A DNA stretch of 47,678 nucleotides. Origin: Candidatus Enterousia scatequi. Lineage in GTDB: Bacteria; Pseudomonadota; Alphaproteobacteria; Rs-D84. The position numbers and the translations under genes are program-made. Numbering within the stretch: position 1 is the first letter of the stretch; each line of letters opens with the position of its first letter. The notes under the pieces were generated by a model. The model worked only from the letters and a program-made list of their open reading frames with translations, ran no database searches and was not told the origin of the DNA. Shown here in pieces: positions 40,202 to 47,678 of this stretch. The stretch is taken from positions 1 through 47,678 of the forward strand of contig JAGHVG010000011.1 in assembly GCA_018064405.1 (NCBI GenBank), read 5' to 3'.

Positions 40202-41154
40202 TGCAACGTGAATTTGTTGTGTCGGCGGATGATGCAGGCACACGTCTTGATAGGTTTTTATCGGCAATGATGCCTGAATTTTCGCGCAGCGAGGTTCAGC
40301 GTTTTACTGTGACCCGTAATGGTAATCCTGTAAAGTTTTCAGAACGTATTCATGAATCTGATAAATATGTTGTTGTAATTCCGGACACTAATCCAGCATC
40401 TGTTGCCTATGATAATGTATCCCAGGATTTTGACCTGGATATTTTATATGAAGACGATGATATTATCGTTATCAACAAACCGCGTGGTGTGGTTATGTAT
40501 CCATCGGCGGGGAACAAGACCGGAACATTGGTTCAAAATATTTTATCGCACACTCATTTGTCTGCCTTGGGTGGGGATGTTCGTCCGGGTGTTGTTCATC
40601 GTTTGGACAAGGACACCAGTGGTGTAATGGTCTTTGCAAAATCAGATGCGGCATTTCGTGGTTTGGTTAAAACATTTATGTCGCATGATTTGACGCGAAA
40701 ATATATTGCTTTTGCGTGGGGGGTGCCTAATTGGGAATCTGCAACGATAACGGGCAATATTGCGCGTTCGTCACGCAATCGGCAAAAAATGACAATGGTT
40801 AAAACTGGGGGCAAGCCCGCCACGACCGAGGTTGCAGTTGTAAATTCCTGGACGCGTGCTGGTGTTACAGAATTTAGATGCAATTTATTAACAGGGCGCA
40901 CGCATCAGATACGTGTTCATTTGTCTGTGCATGGTTTTCCTGTTTTATGTGATGGTGTTTACGGACGTGGTGCAACGCGTTTGGGGTCGGTTAAGAATCC
41001 AGATTTGTTGGATTTCTTGAAAACGCATAATGGCCAGATGTTGCATGCCGAAGTGTTGGAGTTTGCGCATCCTGTGACAGGTAACCCAATGCGTTTCAAG
41101 GCGCATTTGCCATCTGATATGCAAGAGTTAAAATACATTTTAGATTGTGATTAA
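40201..41154 (+). CDS. rluD: RluA-family pseudouridine synthase (RluD-like)
   Basis: RLDRFL S4 domain, INKPRG, RPGVVHRLDKDTSG, TGRTHQIRVH. Confidence 0.92.
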   Translation: MQREFVVSADDAGTRLDRFLSAMMPEFSRSEVQRFTVTRNGNPVKFSERIHESDKYVVVIPDTNPASVAYDNVSQDFDLDILYEDDDIIVINKPRGVVMYPSAGNKTGTLVQNILSHTHLSALGGDVRPGVVHRLDKDTSGVMVFAKSDAAFRGLVKTFMSHDLTRKYIAFAWGVPNWESATITGNIARSSRNRQKMTMVKTGGKPATTEVAVVNSWTRAGVTEFRCNLLTGRTHQIRVHLSVHGFPVLCDGVYGRGATRLGSVKNPDLLDFLKTHNGQMLHAEVLEFAHPVTGNPMRFKAHLPSDMQELKYILDCD

Positions 41155-41246
41155 TTTTTGTTTTTTTGGGTTGGTGAAACCCATTTTTTGTGTTGTTTAA
41201 ATTTCCATTTATGATATAATAAATTAAAAAAGATAAGGGGAAAGAG

Positions 41247-44200
41247 ATGGCTTTTCTAAAAAATACAGTTAGTTTGTTGGCGGTTTTTTGCGTTATTCCA
41301 GGGGCGTTTGGTGCGACATCGCGTGTTGGTGTTGTGACAACAAATGCGGCGCGTATGCCAACGCTTAGTGCATATTTGACAAATGTTGCTGCAACAACTA
41401 CGACAACAACTGCATCGTCACTGCTTGCAAATGCGGAATGCATTGACGCGTACACGTCTTGTTTAAAGTCAGAGGATGTATGTGGTCTGGACATGGAAGA
41501 ATGCACAACAAACGTTTTATTCCATGGGAAAATGCCATTATGTTTCAGCACGTTATATCAATGTCAATCTGCAGGTATTTCCAGTTTGTTTGGTACATCC
41601 AGTATTGATGCGTTGTCAAACGTTTCAACCAAGAATGCCGCAGGTGAGGTGACACGTTATACGTACCCAACTGATGGTAGTGTTTTGGGTCAAATGATAA
41701 TCGGTGCGAAAATTTCTAATTCTTTCAAAGATACCGGAACGTGTGTAAAAAAATATAAATCATGTTTGAACAAGGATACGGTCTGTGGCGAAGATTTTGA
41801 ATTATGCACAGATGCAAATTCGTTCAAGAAACAGGCGGTATATTGCGATGGCACATTGGCGCGTTGCGATGCGGCATCGGTTGCACAGTTGTTTGGTAAA
41901 AATCAAACAACGCGTCCGGTTGGGTCATATGGAACAGGTACTGTGGCACAATGGGTTGCTGATGGTGCTGATTTGGCGGCGGCAAACGCTGTAAATACCT
42001 GTTACAAGGTTATTGATAACTGTTTCTTGTCTGCGTGTAATGCAAATCCATATCGTTGTGTTGAAGGTACAGATTTGTCCATTATATCAAATGCTGATTT
42101 GATTGGTGCTGGGGCGGATAATGATTTGTCAACATCATCTAATTCAATTGAATATGTTTATGGTGATAATGGGGTTATGGTTGGAACCAAGAGTACGGCT
42201 GCCAACATAAAAAAATATTTCAAAACGGCATGTATGGATACTATTGGTGCAAACAAGTATTGCTATATGACATTTATGGAAAAAACACCGTCTCAAAAGG
42301 CGTTGGCTGACGTTGACGAACAGGAAGAAGTATTTAGCGAGGCATATAGTAATCGTAAAACTTATATCAATTCTAAATTGAATGATATGGTGACTAAGTT
42401 TGATAAAAAGGCCAAGGATGCGTGCAAGGATACAATTACAAATTGTGCGATGCGTACATGTGGTGGCGGTATTGGTGCGGCATGTTATACCCAGGTTTTG
42501 GGTTCTTCGGGTACCAAATCTATCAATTTAAACAATGCAACATATAAGCCATATGATGCGATTTCAACAGGGTGCAGTGCGGTTGTAAATAACGATCCGT
42601 ATTGTAAGTATGCTTTTGCATCTGTGACCGATGGTGGATATTCATATAATTATACTGAAAATGGCGCGTTTGCGTATTTGTTCCCAAATGATGAAACATC
42701 TGACCCAATTGGTGCGGTTGCTGAATTGAATTCGTTGTTGGCGACATCTTATAATGATGCGGCGATTGCGGCAAAGAAAAAACAATGTCAATCGGTTGCG
42801 ACATCGTGTGTAAAGTCATTGTGTGGGACGGACTATGTGAATTGCTATCGTAACAGAACAGATATTTATTCAACACTGACCAACAGTGGTGAAACGATTT
42901 ATGATATGAGCATGAATAAGGTTGGTGGTGTTCTGGATTACACAATTGTTTTGGGGTTGTGTCTGGATACGGTTAAAAATTCATCGTCTTGCACAGAACA
43001 TTTGGCAATCGCAACCCAGGATTTTGCAACCCAGGATGCCAAAAATTCATGGAATACAGGTTCTAATGTTGGTGGAAATTGGTTGTCATCTGGGAACGCA
43101 TCTGCGATTTCCGTTAATGAAAATGATAACAATGTTGTAATTGGTTGCACATCTCTTTCAAGTGATGCCTGCATAGCCAAGGGGGTTGAGGCATGTGATA
43201 CCGTTGATGACGAAGGGTGTTTGTTTGATCAACCACAAACAATTTCACGTACAACATACAATGAATCCAAGGGTGCTGAGTCATTATTTGCTGAATTGTT
43301 GTATGATATTGAAAAAGAAGCCCAGGCAAAATATAACGCTAAATTGACCAAACAACAGAATATGTGTATGTCTGGCAATACTGGTGGTATTATGGGGGCG
43401 TCTGATACAGGTTCAACATATATGTGGGTGAAATTGAAATCTAACAAGGTTCCATCTGCGTATGCAACCCAAGGGTTAAAGACGAATCAATTCGTGGCGA
43501 GTAATGATTTGTATGGTTCGTTCTGTCGTATCAAGGTGACGTTGCAATCTGATGATAAATATATCCAGGATGCAATATCCAAGGGAAATGGTTGGTCAAC
43601 GGCATATTTTGCTGCGGGTGACGCATTCACGTGCGGTTCGTGGATTAAACAGACCGACTTGGAAAAAATCACAGACGATGTTCGTGAGAATGCAATATCT
43701 GAGGGAACCAAGACATCACAGAATTGGACCGCGGGTATGTTAACAGCACTTGGCACATTGGCAGGTGGTGCAGGTGGTTTTGCAATCGCAAACAAATTGC
43801 AACAGGATGGCGGAATATCCGGATTGTTGGGTAATACAAAACTAAGCAACACAGGTGACAAGGTCGGTGCTGCTAAACTATGCCAAACCGAAACATATGA
43901 TATTAATAGTAAGTGTGCTGGACGAAACTGTGAAGATCTGAAAAGCAACTTAATGTTACATGCTCAGCAAGCAGGGGTTGCTTTTAATCGCGCTAATTTG
44001 TATAGCTTGAAAGGGGAAGAGGTTGCAGAAGAGGTGGAGAATATTAATAAACAATGCACTGCTGTTATAAACAGCAATAGTAATACCAACCAAACAGTCA
44101 GTGGTAAAAAGAATTGGATTGGTGCGGGTATTGGTGGCGCGGTTGCAGGTGGATTGACGTTTACCACGATTAAGGCAATCCAGGAAACCAAAAACGCCCA

Positions 44201-44318
44201 GGCCGAAGATGCTGCGGTTGCTGAATGGATGGAAAACATTGGTGAAAAAATCAAATGTTATATCGGTTCAGAAGAGATTGGTTCATATGGTGATATAATC
44301 AGCACAGAATTGCAGTAA
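41247..44318 (+). CDS. Large Cys-rich exported protein with repeated six-Cys modules and C-terminal glycine-zipper segments
   Basis: 1023-aa ORF with signal peptide, AGGGG RBS and TGnTATAAT upstream; about 43 Cys by hand count. Confidence 0.85.
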   Translation: MAFLKNTVSLLAVFCVIPGAFGATSRVGVVTTNAARMPTLSAYLTNVAATTTTTTASSLLANAECIDAYTSCLKSEDVCGLDMEECTTNVLFHGKMPLCFSTLYQCQSAGISSLFGTSSIDALSNVSTKNAAGEVTRYTYPTDGSVLGQMIIGAKISNSFKDTGTCVKKYKSCLNKDTVCGEDFELCTDANSFKKQAVYCDGTLARCDAASVAQLFGKNQTTRPVGSYGTGTVAQWVADGADLAAANAVNTCYKVIDNCFLSACNANPYRCVEGTDLSIISNADLIGAGADNDLSTSSNSIEYVYGDNGVMVGTKSTAANIKKYFKTACMDTIGANKYCYMTFMEKTPSQKALADVDEQEEVFSEAYSNRKTYINSKLNDMVTKFDKKAKDACKDTITNCAMRTCGGGIGAACYTQVLGSSGTKSINLNNATYKPYDAISTGCSAVVNNDPYCKYAFASVTDGGYSYNYTENGAFAYLFPNDETSDPIGAVAELNSLLATSYNDAAIAAKKKQCQSVATSCVKSLCGTDYVNCYRNRTDIYSTLTNSGETIYDMSMNKVGGVLDYTIVLGLCLDTVKNSSSCTEHLAIATQDFATQDAKNSWNTGSNVGGNWLSSGNASAISVNENDNNVVIGCTSLSSDACIAKGVEACDTVDDEGCLFDQPQTISRTTYNESKGAESLFAELLYDIEKEAQAKYNAKLTKQQNMCMSGNTGGIMGASDTGSTYMWVKLKSNKVPSAYATQGLKTNQFVASNDLYGSFCRIKVTLQSDDKYIQDAISKGNGWSTAYFAAGDAFTCGSWIKQTDLEKITDDVRENAISEGTKTSQNWTAGMLTALGTLAGGAGGFAIANKLQQDGGISGLLGNTKLSNTGDKVGAAKLCQTETYDINSKCAGRNCEDLKSNLMLHAQQAGVAFNRANLYSLKGEEVAEEVENINKQCTAVINSNSNTNQTVSGKKNWIGAGIGGAVAGGLTFTTIKAIQETKNAQAEDAAVAEWMENIGEKIKCYIGSEEIGSYGDIISTELQ

Positions 44319-44349
44319 TCTTTCCATTGATGTGAAATACATGTTGTAT

Positions 44350-44379
44350 AAAAAAACGCACCGCACGGTGCGTTTTTTT
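44350..44379. terminator. Bidirectional intrinsic terminator
   Basis: A7-CGCACCG-CA-CGGTGCG-T7. Confidence 0.85.
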
Positions 44380-44417
44380 ATAGACAAATGTTTTTTATAA
44401 AAGGCATTCTGCCTTTG

Positions 44418-44449
44418 GTCATTGCGGGTCTGACCTTCGTCAGAATGAC
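44418..44449. repeat. Short GTCATT...AATGAC palindromic element (REP/RPE-like remnant)
   Basis: GTCATTGCGGGTCTGACCTTCGTCAGAATGAC has inverted ends and an inner TCTGAC/GTCAGA hairpin. Single copy in the window. Confidence 0.4.
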
Positions 44450-44495
44450 AAAACGTTTTTACAAAAAAACAACCGCCATTGTGGTGGTGTTTTTT

Positions 44496-45659
44496 TTATG
44501 GGCACATTTCCAATTGTTTTAATACGTTTTGAACATCATTATTTACCGATACCTTGACCTGACGTTGCAGACCATCCGTATATGTATAATAAAATTTTGC
44601 GTTCTTAAATTCGCTTGATGCATTATACGCGGTGACAAATGGTGCCAACATTGCCTTGAACCACTGGCGACCACGGCATAGGCATCCGTTACGAACATCG
44701 GCGGCAACAACCGCGGTTGATGTATTTGGATATTGTTCGTCTAATTCGGCATCGGTCATCATTAAACAGCGCGCGCCAAATCCATAGAAATTCGCATCAT
44801 CTGCCATAAATTTGTATATTAAATCATCGGCAGCCCCTGCGGATTTTAATTTATAAACAAAGCCATCTGTGCAACACGCGTTCGCAGATTGCATTAACAT
44901 TTTGTACCGTGCCAACATTGGGGCGGATACATCATCATTTGCACGAATATCCGGATCGCAACTTATTGCATCAATAAACGCATCTATTTTTTCGTTCGCC
45001 ATTTTTGGACTGTGTGGTGCAACCGATTCGCTATACATTGGTTTTTTGCGCCATATTTCACATTCACTGTCGGTATCAAATGGGCACCCATCAGTTTGAC
45101 CAAATGTTTCCTGTATTACCTCGGACATATCTTGTGCGGAATAATCGCCAGATGTTGTCCAAATATTATTCATTGGTTTTTTGGGGGACAATATTTCATC
45201 AACGCGCGCACGTGTTACAGCCGCATTCGCCATGTTTTCCCTGTATACATCAATTAGTGTATTATCTTCGGAAATATAATATTCATCCAGCGGTTCCAAA
45301 AACCAATCGCTAAAATCAGTTTGTTCAGGGTTAGATATTGAATCGTCCCAAATTGGTGCGCCATCACGCCAACTGACTGTCTTGATGTAATTTCCCGGTC
45401 TAAATTCACCGCGTGTACCATCCCACAACTTTGCGTGGTTGTCAACCGCCACAGGTTTTATTGTTAATAGTTTGGCATTATAATCCGATTCGGCATAGCG
45501 GGTATCGTTGACAGGTACCTCAAATTCAAATCCATCAATTTCTGCTGTTTTATAAAGTGGGCCAATATTGCATTCGTCATCAATACAATCAGATGCAACC
45601 GCAGGTGCAACCCCACACAGTCCAATTAGTGCGGACAAAATAAAAATTTTATTCTTCAT
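44496..45659 (-). CDS. Hypothetical exported Cys-containing protein
   Basis: ATG 45659 gives the signal peptide MKNKIFILSALIGLCGVAPAVA; CIDDEC, CC and CLC motifs. Confidence 0.8.
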   Translation of the reverse strand: MKNKIFILSALIGLCGVAPAVASDCIDDECNIGPLYKTAEIDGFEFEVPVNDTRYAESDYNAKLLTIKPVAVDNHAKLWDGTRGEFRPGNYIKTVSWRDGAPIWDDSISNPEQTDFSDWFLEPLDEYYISEDNTLIDVYRENMANAAVTRARVDEILSPKKPMNNIWTTSGDYSAQDMSEVIQETFGQTDGCPFDTDSECEIWRKKPMYSESVAPHSPKMANEKIDAFIDAISCDPDIRANDDVSAPMLARYKMLMQSANACCTDGFVYKLKSAGAADDLIYKFMADDANFYGFGARCLMMTDAELDEQYPNTSTAVVAADVRNGCLCRGRQWFKAMLAPFVTAYNASSEFKNAKFYYTYTDGLQRQVKVSVNNDVQNVLKQLEMCP

Positions 45660-45897
45660 GGTAATTAAATTATACCACAAAAACACCATGCATAAAACAC
45701 AAATTTTACGTTTATAACAAAAAATTTACCCGAATCGGTTGTTTTTTGTGTTGTGGTGAATCGCAAAATGGCTGAAATCCGAATCGTTTTCATGGTTTTT
45801 CTTGCGGTGTTTGTTAAAGGTATAAAAACAAAAACCGCTAAAATCTGGCTTTTTTGATGGGTGATAGTTTTTTTTATGATTTTTTTTTAAAAAACGC

Positions 45898-45926
45898 TTG
45901 ACTTTTTCCCGTTTAGGGCAAATAAT
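45898..45926 (+). promoter_or_regulatory. rRNA operon promoter
   Basis: TTGACT-N17-AATAAT, A/T-tract UP region, GC-rich discriminator GGGTGC. Confidence 0.6.
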
Positions 45927-46261
45927 GGGTGCACTTTCAAGTTGGGAAACAAATAAAACATCTCTCAACCCCTGAAATTCAGCGGTTTACGGAACGGCCA
46001 ATGAAATAGGGTTCCATAAATTACGCAAACATTGTTAATAAAAGCAGCTCATCAAAAATTCAAGAAGGGATGTGCAGACAGTTGAATTTGGAATTATCCA
46101 AACTTTGACAAAGTCAAATGTGCATATCCTAGACAGGTAGTAGGTTTACAAATTAAACCTCGTTAAAACTTGTCTTGCGAATATATAATATATGTAAAGA
46201 CGAACTGATTATTAGTCAGCTTTGTTTAATATGCACAGGACTTAAACCACAAGTTTTTTAG

Positions 46262-47678
<1,417 letters not shown>

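Noticed and set aside
45732-45786. Three GAATCG (GANTC) motifs upstream of the rRNA promoter as CcrM or activator sites
   Set aside because: GANTC is common throughout the window and the spacing (26, 23 bp) is irregular; cannot be separated from chance.
45930-46261. Structured region as a tRNA, ribozyme or other ncRNA
   Set aside because: The hairpins (e.g. GGGATGTGCA/TGCATATCCT) fit an rRNA leader; no cloverleaf, T-loop or CUGANGA hammerhead core.

Overview
A gene-dense, AT-rich chromosomal window from a deep-branching alphaproteobacterium. The 16S and gene content suggest an uncultured Rs-D84/'Enterousia'-like lineage (inference, not searched). The standard genetic code fits. The window is probably origin-proximal, since it has rsmG-parA-parB with two parS-like palindromes. 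Most genes are housekeeping genes in unusually scrambled operons: infB, nusA, lptF-lptD-surA, rlmN, accBC, rnpA-yidD, mreB, rpsO-truB-mutS-xseB, gpsA, pal, infC, skp, dnaX and rluD. The window ends inside a 16S rRNA gene. Several surface or secretion parts are interspersed with no mobile-element boundaries: an orphan VirD4/TraG coupling protein, a repeat-rich trimeric-adhesin-like gene running off the left edge (absent from the ORF track), a PilS-like pilin behind dnaX, three translationally coupled shufflon-PilV-like minor pilins without a shufflon, and large Cys-rich exported proteins. There are three strongest leads. (1) A domesticated type IVb-like pilus with a possible heterotrimeric tip. 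(2) A ParB with substituted specificity residues paired with a parS/NBS-hybrid site. (3) A five-copy six-cysteine module in a 1023-aa exported protein. All calls come from motif recognition by eye; no searches were run.
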